From Octopus vulgaris (lineage: Eukaryota): 64,000 nt of DNA. Both the position numbers and the translations under genes were made by a program. Below are positions 38,601 through 52,795 of the stretch, in pieces (the stretch's first letter is position 1; each line of letters starts with the position of its first letter). Location: contig OX597820.1 of NCBI GenBank assembly GCA_951406725.2, positions 45,508,001 through 45,572,000 of the forward strand. The letters are read 5' to 3'. A model generated the notes under the pieces. The model was not told the origin of the DNA. It saw only the letters and a program-made list of their open reading frames with translations, and ran no database searches.

Positions 38601-39045
38601 GTAAGTCATAAGCTGCACTGCAGAGCAGGCCTCAGTAGATGATTATTCTAACCTGACTGTGCCATAATCTACACTGAGCAGCAGTTTAACTAGTGTTATT
38701 CTAAACTGAAGTGCAACGATCACTATAAAATCATAAAGTAAATTGAATAGCTAGATAAGATCATAACCTAAGCTTAGCATTACCTGCCTTGAGTCATATT
38801 GCAAAGTGAACAAAGGCAGCCTTGATAGGTCATAATCGTAACTGAAGAGAACATAACTTAGCAGGTCATAATTTAAAAGCAGCTCTCAGATGATCATAAT
38901 TTAAAATGAGCAGTGACCTATATTGGTCATAATCAATGGTGAGCAGTAGCAGCTTAGGCAGGTCATAATTTAAACTGTGCATGCAGGCTGCCGGTCAAAA
39001 TCTAAACTGAGCAAGGACTATCTCAGTAAGAGAAAACTTCAAATT
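35676..39045. repeat. Duplicate of the degenerate array (blocks 35676-36944 and 38380-39045)
   Basis: Near-identical to 24100-27537. Confidence 0.7.
37908..37953 (+). ncRNA. Minimal hammerhead, duplicate of 26400-26445
   Basis: Same motif with one loop change; the left-arm partner is deleted in this copy. Confidence 0.7.
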
Positions 39046-41257
39046 GTAATCTCAAAACTTAGAGATAACTTGGTATAGGCATACACAAGGTTGTTCAGTA
39101 GTTCTTTTTACATCCATTTTATAACTACAACACAGATATTTGAACAATAGCTAGCCAAGATTCTTAGTACAATATTATCATTTCCAACAGTTAAAAAATT
39201 CTGCCATCATCACCGTCTTCATCTAGGGATCTCTTAACCCTTTTGTTAACAATTGTTTCAGTTAATTTTACGAAAATAGCTGTCATTATTAAACTGGTGC
39301 TTGAAAAAAAATTAACCCCCTTGTTGCCAAATTTCTGTAGAAATACATTACCTTTGTTTCATTTAATTCTGAAAATAATGAAGAATCAAATAACTGTGGT
39401 TATTATGCCAGTGTTTGGAACATGAACTGACATGAAATTTCGACAGGTTTTAATTTAGTTCACTTTAAAACAAAAAGTTTGTATCATAGACACAAGGGTG
39501 GTCCTAGGCATGTCAGTATCAAAAGGATTAATACACCTGACCAGAAACATTGACGTTTGTTACCATCAAATATGAAAACCTAATAGAAATAATGAAGGAA
39601 TTATTCAGTGTCATGAAAGTCAACATGTAATTATATAACATGTTCAACAATAACAGTAACCTTCAGTCTTTTCAGGAAGTCTAAATGTAAATAACAAAGA
39701 ATAATTTCTACAGTAGAGACAGCTTGTTCTCTTCTCTAGCACCAAATACAGTAAATTGCTTCATGTAAAATGTACCAACACCACTATCGTTACAATATAA
39801 GCCAATGAGTGAGCCTTTTTGTGGATGCACATCCCTGCCATCATGTTTGAAATGGGGAGAAAAAATGTAATCCTAGATACACTGTGTCAGTAGAAAAATA
39901 TGGGATGGTTATGGCTACAAAGCTTACATTGTCAGTAGCAGCAGCCAATTGGGTATCTGAAAAAAAAAAAAAGGATTGGCCAACAAGTTTGATTCATCTA
40001 TGCACAAAGCCAGCTAGTTAATTGAATGGGATGTGTTTAGTTAGCAACATCAACCCTATTCTTTTATCTTTTACTTGTTTCAGCCATTTGACTGTGGCCA
40101 TGCTGGAGCACTGCCTTTAGTCGAGCAAATCGACCCCGGGACTTATTCTTTGTAAGCCCAGTACTTAGTTAGTTACTTATTCTATCGGTCTCTTTTTGCC
40201 GAACCGCTAAGTGACGGGGACATAAACACACCAGCATCGGTTGTCAAGCAATGCTAGGGGGACAAACACAGACACACAAACATACATATATATATATATA
40301 TATATACGACAGGCTTCTTTCAGTTTCCATCTACCAAATCCACTCACAAGGTATTGGCCGGCCCGGGGCTATAGCAGAAGACACTTGCCCAAAATGCCAC
40401 GCAGTGGGACTGAACCCGGAGCCATGCAGTTGGTTAGCAAGCTACTTACCACACAGCCATTCAGGAGCTAAAAACACAAAGAATCATCTGCTTCTTAGCC
40501 ATCTCCACAAACATGGTTCAGTATGTACATGTATATAAGTGTGTGTGTGTGTGTGTGTAACGTTTTATATGGAAAAACAAATTAACCCAGCTAAACAATA
40601 TGAACAAGAGTTGCAGAGTTTATTTAAATCAACAAGTATGTTCTGGGAGGAAAAAAAAAAAAATAAACAACAATAGAAATACATAACACCAGAATGTTGT
40701 TGTTGTTGTAATACATACACACTCTCTCACACGAATTAGTATCTTTCCATACTTCCCAGTTCCACTCCAGCACAGATGACACTGTGTTAGTAGTAAACAC
40801 CAACAATAGTTTTGTAAACAGGAGAGAGGGTGAGGGTGGGGGGTAGGGAAGGAAGATAAGAAAGAAAGGAAAGAAGGAGAAAGAGAGAAACAGAATGTGT
40901 GTGTGTATGTGTGTTTGTGTTTATGTGAAGTATGAATTACAGACAAGTGACAAAAACAAAACAAGGACAATCATCATCATCATCATCATCATCACAAACA
41001 CCTATTTAGGATGGTTAACACAGCTAGTATCAGAGAATCAAACTGATAACTTGAGTTGTTAAGAAGGTTCAAGTAAAAAATAAAAACTAATTGGAAAAGG
41101 AGAAGACCCAGTATCAGGCCAGCCTTGGCTAAGAGCTAATCTCTATCACGTTTGGAAAATGTACAGATAAGATATAAATAATCTGGCAAGCCTGGCAGAA
41201 AGGTGACAAAAATTAAGTTTTTAGACTTTATAGAGAAAGACATTACAGCCATTAGGT

Positions 41258-41291
<34 letters not shown>

Positions 41292-43574
41292 TCTAATAGG
41301 CATAAGGCCATAAAGTTGGATAGGAGAATAGCTCAGTGTTCTTTATTATGTCACTCTTTCTCCAAAAGATGCACAGGAAGATGAATTGTAGGGGGAAAAA
41401 AAGCTGAAAAGAAACTACTCGAGATCCGAACTCAAACATAAAGCAATGTGACTAAATATTGTAAGATTCAGACTTTTTATTTGGTTGATTCTGCAGTCCA
41501 ACTCCTTCATAAAATCGATAGTAATCACTCCAATGAAAGGCCTTCTATATGGACGCTCAACTTACTAACCTTCAAATCACAACTTACTGATCTTGAAAAA
41601 TGAAGAAACTTAGATAAAGTTATCTAGTCTTAGAGGTGTTGTACCTGAAAATAAGACAGAATGGTCCTGATTACAACACCTTTGAGCAAGACCACATGTT
41701 AGCTTGATCAAGGCTGATTTGGGGCTAAACAATAGCAATAATAACAATCCTTTCTACAACAGGCACAAGGCCTGAAATTTTAGGGAAGTCAGTTACATTG
41801 ACCCCAGTGCTTAACTGGTACTTATGTAGAGATGGATGAAATGCTGTTAAGCATTTTGCCCAGTATGCTAACAATTCTGCCAGCTTGCCACCTTAATAAT
41901 AATGATGATATATATAACTATCTATCTATATCTAGCTAGCTATCTAGATTTCTAACAGAAGCAAGGCCAGAAAGTTGAACCCGAAAGGATGAAAAATAAT
42001 AGTTGATCATGGCAGGATTTGAATGTAGAACTTAAAGGGAAATAACAGAATACAGCAATACGTTAAATCTAACACTTCAACAATTCTGTGCCCCCTACCA
42101 ACCCCATTACCACCAGAGTCTGCCAATAATGATTTCTAACATTAATAATAATGACGATTTTGATGATAATACATAAACATATGTATGTATGTAATTCAGT
42201 CTATTATCACAATAACAAAAAATGAACACAATTAACAAACAGTACTTTTATTAGACATCTTCAGAGAGAGGAAGGAAAGAGGGAGAGATGGGAGAGAGAC
42301 AAATAGAGCTGGAAGAAAGACAGAAAAAAAGGGATGTTGAAGGCAGAGAGGAAAGGACATCAGTCACAAAGAACCAACAGCAAATGCGTGTGTTTGTATG
42401 TATGTATGTATATATAAATATCATATAAGAACTGAACATTGTAAATAGGGAAGGGGAAACAATAGTAACAAACGAACTAATAAAAAGATTCTACAAAAAA
42501 AGTCACTAAAAACTGGTCTTGGAGAAGTGAATTAAACAGTTGGTCCGTCCTCACACACAGATGTATACAGGCATCCACAGAGACAATTGCTCATTCTTGA
42601 GAAAAAAAGCGAGGCAAGGCGAATGGAAAATAAAGCAAGATAATATTGGTACCTTTAATGTGAACAACTGTTTCGAACAGGGAAGACCTGAGGTTAGCTT
42701 GCTGCATACCAACACCCTCAGCACATAAATATATATTAACGTCGACTAGGTCACGGAAGCTACAATTTAAAAAAGGTAGGTAACTCCATGCACCACAAGT
42801 TTGTTATTTAAGTTATCTCCCCTGCCAGCATTACAACTGGAAGAAGAAGCGGAGCTTCAGTGTAGGTAAGTTTCCAGTGTGTAAGGACAAAGCAATAACG
42901 ATCTTTTGCAAACCTTAGTATCTTGTATGCTAATGAAGGCACCAAATGAGGTGAGAGGGAGATAGAAAGAAAAAGAGCGTGGGTGTGTATATGTGAAAGA
43001 GATCATATGCAGGGACTAAGTTATAGAAAAAAAATCATTATTATAATAATGATGCATCATCCACTACAAATAATAATAATAGTATTTAACTTAGCACAAG
43101 GTCATGCACCTTATTAAGAGGGAAAGAGAACCAATCGATTCCAGCAAGATCCTCTCCCACCAAACAATGACATGTTAAGATTTAACCGGGTTGGGGTATA
43201 AGCTCATAACAAAGAAACGTAATTGAACACAGCAAGATGTTTTATCAGCTGCAGAATTTACTCTCCCATCCAGAGTAGTTGTAGTAATAAAAGTAATAAT
43301 AATTTCATACATAGGCACAAGGCCTCAAATTTAGAGAATGGGTATGATTGATAATATCAACCCTAGTAATCAAATCATATTTTATTTTATCAAAACTCTG
43401 AAAAGAAAGGAAATGTAGACCTTAATAAGAATACTTGAAAATGATTTCTCACTAGAGCAATGGAGGAAAGGAGATTGTTTAAGGTGTAAACTGTTTCTCA
43501 GTGAAATGAGATGAGATGAGCGATCCAAGCTGGAATCAGTTCAGATGTCTGCTAACTTGTCTTATTCCAAATAA

Positions 43575-43770
43575 TTTTTTTCTACTCTAGGTACAAGGCC
43601 TGAAATTTTGGGAGGCAGGATAGTCGATTAGATCGACCCCAGTATGCAACTGGTACTTAATTTATAAACCTTGAAAGGATGAAAGGCGAAGTCGACCTTG
43701 GTGGAATTTGAACTCAGAAGATAGGAATGGGTGAAATACTGCTAAGCCTTTTGTCCAGCTCGCCACCTTA
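43575..43770 (-). mobile_element. SINE family B
   Basis: Reverse-complement match (gaaaggatgaaaggcgaagtcgacc..ggaatttgaactcagaa). Confidence 0.7.
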
Positions 43771-45119
43771 TCTTATAATGAAACTCACACCAAGTCAGAT
43801 TTGCAAAGGAGGTCACACTGAATTGAACTGACTAACTCTAGTACATGGCAAATGTTTATTTAAGTGACCAACAGGGGGATAAAAAGTACAGTTGATTCTA
43901 GCAGGGATTGAACTTAGAACAGAATATAAATATCATTGAGTATTCAGTCTGATATGATATATTCCTGACAATATGGCCCCAAAACAAAAACTTGAGCAAG
44001 GGAAACATAGGGGAAGAAAAGATGAATAAGAAAAAAAGGGAGAAAGAAATATGAAAAGTAAACAAAGATATTTCTCTAACTAATAGAACCAAACATCTAC
44101 CAGTGTGTGAAGAATATCGATGAATTCTAATCTCGCTTGTCTTACACCACTCATCTGACAAAAATATCCATTACATCTTCAGGTCTTAGTCTTAGTTCTG
44201 TCATAACCCTTCAGGCTGAAAAGATCAAAGATTATTCCAGTTTCTGTGGTGTGTATAAGTTACTAAAAGCACAACATTCCTTCTTGGTGGGATGTCAGTC
44301 CATTACAAAATGGACCCCTTGTTTGTCATTTTCAGCTGAGTGAACCGGAGTATTGTGTTCTTTATCAATGAAATGTGTTCCTTCATAAAAACACAACATA
44401 CTGCCTAGTCTGGGAATTGAAACCATGACCATACAGTCATGAGTCCAATACCCTATCCACCAGACCATGTACCTACCTTTGATTTGTAGGGTTTGAGTTT
44501 GTCTTTACTCTATATCAGAGAAAGACAAACACCCCATGAGTGAGGAACGTCAGCTGCAGAACAGCTTTCCTAACTGCTTTAACATAAATATAAATATGTG
44601 GTGTGAAATAATATTGAAGACATGAGCAGCGTATTTTGGCTGATGTAGTATAAGCAGTGACTTACATCATTAAGTAAAACAGAAGTGTAAGAGACAAAAG
44701 TTTGGGTGGAATTTAGTATATATCTTTTGTACATGTGTGGATGTGTGTGTGTAAAAGAAATGTAGACAGAGGACAAGGGTATATAAACACTAAAATGGAA
44801 CACACACACACATACAGAAACACATTTTTTAGTCTTCACATAAACATACAAAATCTCAAAGAAAAATACAAAAAAAAAACGTAGAAGGACTGACGGATAA
44901 AAAAGTTTGGTAGACAGATGAGTAAAGATAGGAATGTGTGTATGTGTGTGCGTGCATGAATGTATATGTATTTATTATACATATAAACATTTTCCAATAT
45001 GAATATCAAGGAAAGAAGAAACTCAAAATAGAGACAAAGTGAAGCCACAGTATCAATTAAATGAATAAACTCTACTATATGTATTGAGTACTTCACTTTT
45101 TTCACTTGTTTGTACATTT

Positions 45120-45273
45120 AAACATATATACATGTTTACACACACACACACATATCAATATATACATACATGTATATACACACACACACACATATCAATA
45201 TATACATACATGTATATACACACACACACACATATTAATATATACATACATGTATATACACACATTCATAAAA

Positions 45274-45314
<41 letters not shown>

Positions 45315-45793
45315 TGCATATATACACACATATATACACACACACATGCATATATACACACATTCACACATATGTATATATATACACATATATATATATA
45401 CATATATGCATATATACACATTCACATATATATATGCATATATACACACATATACATATATATATATGCATATATACACACATTCGCATATATATATATG
45501 CATATATACACACATTCGCATATATATATATATGCATATATACACACATTCGCATATATATATATACACACACATTCGCATATATATATATGCACATATA
45601 CACACATTCGCATATATATATATGCATATATACACACATTCGCATATATATATATATATGCATATATACACACATTCGCATATATATATATGCATATATA
45701 CACACATTCGCATATATATACATGCATATATACACATTCACATATATATACATGCATATATATACACATTTACATATATATATATGCATATAT

Positions 45794-45861
<68 letters not shown>

Positions 45862-45890
45862 AGGGAGGGAGAGAGAGAGAGAGAGAGAGA
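45120..45890. repeat. AT/CA compound microsatellite with a higher-order ~30-34-bp unit
   Basis: Repeated catatatacacacattcgcatatatatatatg units. Confidence 0.9.
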
Positions 45891-45981
45891 AAGAAAGAAT
45901 TTACAAAAAAACAAAAGATGAAGACGGGTGTGTAGAAAACAAACAGCTGTATTAGTTTAACACTCGGGAATTGAGAAAGTT

Positions 45982-46016
45982 TTTTACGTTTCGAGCCTAC
46001 GCTCTTCAACAGAAAG
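45982..46016 (-). ncRNA. Minimal hammerhead-like motif with a variant core
   Basis: The minus strand reads cuuu CUGUUGA A GAGC-guag-GCUC GAAA CGUA aaaa. A6 is replaced by U and stem I is weak. Confidence 0.45.
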
Positions 46017-46204
46017 GAACAGAGAAAGAAACAGGGAGAGAAAATAAAAAAAGGTTTAGTGGCTAGCGATCTATCATGGCGAATGCCGGACACACACACA
46101 CACACATATATATATTCACACACACACACGCACACATGTGTGTAAGATATATAATTTTCACACCAAGGCAGATAGGAAAAAGGCAGAAGAAAAGGTCAGT
46201 AAAA

Positions 46205-46210
46205 TTTATT
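46205..46210 (-). promoter_or_regulatory. Candidate polyadenylation signal of the desaturase gene
   Basis: AATAAA on the minus strand after a long U-rich tract, about 3.1 kb past the stop. Confidence 0.35.
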
Positions 46211-46566
46211 CAACCAACAATATAACTGCAGTGAAATGCTAAAGTAAAAATAACAGACAACTAAACAAAACAGAACACAACAAAAAAAAATTAATAAAAA
46301 AAAACAAAGAGAAATGAACAAAAATTAAGATGGCTGTCAAAAACTAGGAACAAAACTAGAGATCTTATTGTTGTCCCTGCCTTCCCACCACACAGTGGGA
46401 AGTGGTATGTAGTGAACTGATACAGGGAGTGGTGTGGCATACACATCACACACATACATACATGCATACATACATACATACACACAGAGTTACATCATGT
46501 TGAGGTTGTTTCACTTCCGCAAACCTTAGAAAATGGTGCTGCTAGAGTGTTTGTGTGTGAGAATGA

Positions 46567-46607
<41 letters not shown>

Positions 46608-49362
46608 TTATATATGTGTGTGTGTGAGTGTATAATATATATTATATTAAATTATATCATAGTATATTATATATAACATAAGTGGTGTGTAGGTATGTAA
46701 TCCTATTGCACCAGCAGCTGGAGAAAGGTCAAGGGAAAGTAGCTCCAAACATCATCCACTTAGCACAGCCCCTGAACAAGAAATCACACACTTGTCAGGA
46801 AAATCCACTGAGCAACTGAATAAGTAAATAATATGAAAAAAATCCTCAGACTTGTCATGTGGAATATACAAACATTTCTTGATATTAGCTATGGGACAGA
46901 CTGATCCTAGCATAGGACAGCTCTTGTAGATAGTGAGCTTTGAGGCTATACTGTTGCATTCAATAAGACCAGACTACTTGGAGGGGGCCCACACTGAGAG
47001 TAAACATCCCAAATATGGAGTTAACCTTGCTGTGAGAGACAGTCAGCTGTTCAAACTGACTGAGGCACTGATTGGCATCAGTGAATATCTAATGTCACTT
47101 TGCATTCTCCTTGATGAGAAACAAGGTGATAGTTTACTATGTGTCAATGCCATAGCCTTAATGAAACACTAAGTCAGGCACTGACTAAGATCCCATCACT
47201 TACCGGCACACTAACAAACTATTTTAAAGTAAGAGCAGGAACGAATGAAGAAACCTGCAACAGGGTGGTCAAAGACCACGGTGTTGAGACATATTAACCC
47301 TTTAACAGTGGAAGACCTCATGCCTTGCTGCTCACTTTGACAGTCTTAGTGTTGAAAGGAGAAACTGAAGACATGGAAGAGAAACACACCTAGCACCATC
47401 AGGAGAAGCAAGAGAAGAGGAATGCATGCAAGGTTACAACTGCCTCCTCCAAGCAAGCATTTACAGGCTCTGTCTTCAACCAAAGCTATTCAACAAAGAC
47501 TGAAAATATATATTATCATCAAGTGATCCACAAACGAAAGAGGAAATGGTCCTCATTGCTTCAATGGGCAACCAGAAACAAGTAGTGTAAGTGGATGTGT
47601 GTGTGTGTGTGGATGTGTGTGTGTTTGTGAAAGAGATAGAGAGAGAGAGAGAGGAAGAAAGAGAGATGGGAGGGGACAAGAAAGGTGGTGGTAAAAGTTA
47701 ACAGTTAGGAACAAGAGAAGTAAAAAGAGGAAAAAGTAAGAAGATTGCAAAAAAGAAAAGAAAAAGGAAAAGGAAAACAAAAACTGGGAGTGAAAGAGAT
47801 GAATACACATACACAGATATACACATACACATACACACGTGTATGCAAATATAATTTAGAGCAAGAGAAAAGAATAAAGGCAGAAAGAGCAAGACAGAGA
47901 TGAAAAGATGAAGCTAGGAGAAAGAGAAGAGATAAGGAAGCAGCTTGTAGAAAGCAAGGAAGAGTTGTGATGCTGGATTGTTGTTCACCATTTTTGGATT
48001 TTCAGTCAATTTTTTAAAAAATTTATTTATTTATTTATTTATTCATTCAGTTGTTTTTCCTCTTCAAATTGTTTTTATTTGTTTTGTTTTTTTTTCTCTG
48101 ACTTTTAGCTAGGACTGTGTTGCAGTAAAAGTGCAGAAGACAGAAACAGCTGCAACAAAAGCGACTGCATGCCAGATGGACGTCAATACAGAAATGTTTC
48201 TTCCTAGTGAAACAAGATAGGGAACGGGGTGGGAGAAGGATTATATACATATGTGTGTGTGTATATGTATGAGTGTGTGTGTGTGTATGTGTGTGCACAT
48301 ACACAATATGCACGTATGTGTGTTCCTCCAAACATTATGAAGGTGCTCTCATCAATTTCAGCTATTACTTCACTCTCCAACATGCCAAAGGCAACCATCT
48401 AATCTGTACAACATGGCCATAGACAATCAACAATATAACAGGCCAGAGGGGGAAGTAGCTTCTGACATGAGTAGATCTATAACTGTTCCTAGTGGAAGTG
48501 TATAGATGGGAAATAACACAAGAAGCTCCATGGAATGACATCTTGACTGATCAAAGAAACTAGAAAAACAACATCGACATCTTTGGTACACTAAGACAAT
48601 CTGGTATCAAAATTTTACTATATATGTTCATACATTTGAATGTTCCTCCATTCTTAATCAGACGAGATGCAGCACTTCACACATGCTACCTTAAGAGCAG
48701 CTGAACAAGCCTCAAAATAAATACACAACTAAAAGTCCGGATGACAGCAGACTATGAGAGAAAGGTTAGCATCGTTTTTCCAAAATGGAAGAGTTTATGA
48801 ATGCCACTGATTCTGCTTGGTTTACAGAGACAGTTAAGTATTATTTGAAGTGACTCCAGATCTGAAGTAGCATAGTTGTGACATGGATTGGTAACAAATT
48901 GCCACAGGATATGATTAGATCAAAACAATGGCAATGCTCTTGGAAATGCAATATCGTTTCTTTTGCAGGAACATGAGCGAAGGCTCTAAGTCCAATCCCA
49001 TTCTTTTTCCTTCCAAGTTGAGCTTACAGTCAAAAAATTAGCTAGATTGAAGGAGTGCTGGATACCACTATGGGCAGAATAGTCAACTCAGTTGCAATTG
49101 AAGACATTTCACTAACATGGATTAACTTTGGAACTCACATAAATGATATATAATTAGTATGCACGTGTGTTTTTATTTATATATAAATATATATTAGTGT
49201 ATGTAAGCTTTAATAGATAAACATAGTGGTTTGGTGGGGACAAGGGATTAGAGAGGGGTAGTAGGGGAGAGGGAGAAAATAGAAAGATACAGAGAGAAAG
49301 AGAGAGAGAAAGACATATATATGTATATATACATATATATATAGTGAGAGAAAGAGTTGCAG

Positions 49363-49783
49363 TTAGGTGTGGGTACCAGTTCTGTCTCTTCGCCGCCGAA
49401 TTGTGTCGCGGTCAATTGTTTTCCTGTCATAGGCTTGGCCTAAAAATGCCATGAAGTCAATGAAAAATGTAGTGAGATTGATCCGCCAACCATATTCACT
49501 GGTCGCATAGTCTTGTGGGAAAGTGTGGTGGTAGTTGTGAAAGCCCTCACCCATGCTGCCAAGGCTAACACAGATGTTCTCAGCTGGGTTGATCCGCTTG
49601 TCATAGGGTCGATAACCCCACATGTGAGCAGCACTGTTCACTAGCCAGGTGGCATTCAAGCCACAGCAATAACGCAGGACACCAGCCAAAAAGTAAGCAT
49701 TCCACAGGTTCTCATTCCAGAAAATGTAAGGAACTAGTGTTGGGATAGCGAAACAGAAGACGACGACCGACAGGGCATAATAT
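49363..49783 (-). CDS. SCD: Stearoyl-CoA (delta-9) desaturase, last coding exon
   Basis: Acceptor tttcag. Encodes YYALSVV..NATWLVNSAAHMWGYRPYD..GEGFHNYHHTFPQDY (His box 3)..RTGTHT*. Confidence 0.95.
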
Positions 49784-50179
49784 CTGAAATGAGACAAGTA
49801 GAAGAAATAATAAAAGAGAAAACATTAATACAAATTTAAAGGTCTGGAGGAAATAAATTTTCAAAACTGTCAACAGGAGTCATGACCTAGTATCCTACAA
49901 TCAGATGTGGTTTTGGGCACTTAGCATGACATGAACTGACCTGCCATCATTTGTAACATACTACCAAAATTCTTTTTTGTTTTTTCTGCAAATAAACTCA
50001 AGGACTCAGTGATTCGTGCTTTTCTCAAGCACAGGAAGAATGTTAATAATCAGTCCTAACCATTGTACATGTTATTCATTCATTCAATATAAGAGAGATT
50101 GTAAACAAACTAGTTTTATATATCAATTGTTGAAAGTGAGCCTTTTGCAGTTAAATTTAGGAGAAACAATGTCATAGAA

Positions 50180-50377
50180 CAGTGGTTCCCAAACCTTTTA
50201 GAGTCGCGGCCCACTATTTATCACACCAGTTTATGATGACTCACTTAACTCTACTGAACTATCTCGATAGACAGCAGTTAATCAAAGCTAATGCGTAATT
50301 TTATAACTCTTTGCGACCCACTAAGATTCCGTTCGCGACCCACAGATGGGTCGTGACTCATAGTTTGGGAACCACTG
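50180..50377. mobile_element. hAT-type MITE with perfect TSD
   Basis: TIRs cagtggttcccaaac / gtttgggaaccactg, with the 8-bp TSD tcatagaa on both sides. Confidence 0.9.
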
Positions 50378-51602
50378 TCATAGAAGATAGTCTAAGACAT
50401 CAGTCCTAGTTAACTACTGGAAACCATTTTATTGAAAACAAGTGGATTTCTTCTTATAGCACAGAACCAAATGAAATCTAAATACAGTAAAATGCTTTAA
50501 CACTGGCATGGATAACCTTTTTTGAGCAGTGGGTAACACAAGGCATGGCTTATAATCAACCAAGCCACACTACTAAAAAAACATTCAAGGTAATTTTTTT
50601 TTGGCATGCCATCCAGGAAGCCCTACAGACTGCAGTTTGCCTATGACTGCTTTAGCCTTTTGTTCTATTGTATAAAGGAGCTTTGGATTTATGTTGGGGC
50701 AACAGAGAATGTATGAAGATATAGACTAACAATCCAAGATACTCATATATTATCAATTCAGCTATAAATATTGAAATACACAAGCTTTCCAAGGGAGATA
50801 ATTTCAATTTGTAAACTCTTTCGCACCATTCCTCACACCATTGTATTCAGAGTTTTGCTAATTCGAATATTTCTAAGTTGAAGTAAGATTGTTTATTTGA
50901 GCATCAGATAGAAAGCTTCGAGATATTCTTTCGGGTTCACTGTGCTCTGAGTTCGAATCACATTGAGGTCAACTGTGCCTTTTATCCTTTTTGAGTGGAT
51001 AAATAAAGCACCACTTAAATACTGAAGGGGCATGTTTTAATTCTCTTCTCTCTTTCACACACTTCCCCACAAGAAGAAATAAGTTGTGTTCAAACCTGGA
51101 AAGAGACAGGCTTCAAGTTTAAAAAGATGAAACGGTGCCACATATCACACCTCCATCAGGAGTTAAGGAGCCCCACCATCACCACAACTATATAATTTCT
51201 AGCAAACGATTTTACATCTAGATGTTTGTGTTGACATTAACAATTATCTCACACTTAAGTAATTGCTACAAGTTGAAAGGGAAATAGAAACCTAACGATG
51301 GGCAACTGGGTGAACAACAGTAAGAAGTCAAGGTGCAAAAAACCACATATCTCTGTTGATGGGATTAAAAGCAGATATTCCACTGACAAATTCAACAGAA
51401 CATATTCCATGGCAAAAAGAAGAACTGATTTTTTTTAAAGCATCTAATTTTTTTTATTCCCCCAGACATCACTGCCAAAAAATAGGCTGACAGAGCTAAA
51501 TGTAAGTAGTTCCCTCTAAATATGTGTGGGCTGACCATCAAGAGCTGCCATTTTGATTAAGACAAAAAAAAAAAGTAAAAACAAAAAGATTTTAGGACTT
51601 AC

Positions 51603-51808
51603 TTCCTTTGGAAGTGAACAACTGGATCATTTAACAGGTCATTGGTGTCCAGTAATTTACCTTTGGCTGTGACATCGGGATGTTTGCGTACAAGTAACCA
51701 GCCAACGTGAGAAAAGAAGAAGCCCCTTTTAGCGTTGTGAGGGTCAGCATCAGTTTCTGAATACTTATGGTGAACTCTGTGGTCTCGGCTCCAGTCATAA
51801 ATATCATT
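51603..51808 (-). CDS. SCD: Stearoyl-CoA desaturase, 206-nt exon
   Basis: Encodes NDIYDWSRDHRVHHKYSETDADPHNAKRGFFFSHVGWLL (His box 2), with AG/GT boundaries. Confidence 0.97.
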
Positions 51809-52429
51809 CTGCAACAGAACAAATGCTAATGAGCAATCAATGATACATCAACATTATTTAAATGATCTCACCTGACTAGGGTTCACCCCTTAATGCAAAC
51901 AGTCAATTATTTACCCTGAGACCGTAGTAGATAGAAAGTTCATTAAAATCTTAACTGTTCAAAACCAGAAATAGTGCAACAAAGATTTCAAAATTTTAAA
52001 ACCAAATATTCCTCACTAAAATCATGAGAATAATATCAAACCACAACACCAAAATGCTTCTAAATAAGTCAACTTACTAATGCAACAGCCAAATCTTTCC
52101 TCTTTAATATCCCAAATAACTTATTTTCAACTCATAATTCCACTATAGGCAGTGATAAAAACATGACCAGCGGATGGCAGTTTTTATATAACATCATTAA
52201 AAGGAGGATTCTATAATCTTAGCCCTAAATTTGTTTACATCCTGTTCTCCATGTTATCATAGTTTGAATCATTCTGAAGACTCATACAACTACATCAACT
52301 GGTGTACAGAAATAGGTTGCTTTCCTTTATAATACAAATTGCATCACTACCAATTTGGTAAATTGAAACAGTAGTGGTGTATCTCAGCCCAGGACTCAAC
52401 TAGCCAGGGTATTATTTATTCTTACTGTT

Positions 52430-52795
52430 CGCATGGCTGTGTGGTAGGAGCTTGCTTCCTAACCACATGGTTCTGGGTTCAGTCCCACTGCATGGCACCT
52501 TGGGAAAGTGTTTTCTACTATACTTTCAGGCCAATCAAAACCTTGTAAGTGGATATGATAGATGAAAACTGAAAGAAGCCCGTCATATGTGTGTGCGTGT
52601 GATCACCACCACTTGACAGCTGGTGTTAGTGTGTTTACATCCCTGTAACTTAGCAGTTCAGCAAAAAAGACCAATAGAGCAAGGATATGCTTTAAAAAAA
52701 TGAGTCCTAAGGACGATTTCTTCAACTAAAGCTCTTCAAGGCAGTGCCCCAACATGGCCACAGTCAAATGGCTAAAACAAGTTAAAGACAAAAAA
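52430..52795 (+). mobile_element. Diverged SINE family A
   Basis: Head tggctgtgtgg..ggttcagtccc plus the family A body and tail. Confidence 0.75.

Larger units (their letters stand above)
31130..42618 (+). repeat. Copy 2 of the 11.5-kb duplicated block
   Basis: Begins mid-exon 3 (equivalent to 19518) right after the gap and continues into unique sequence after 42618. Confidence 0.95.
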
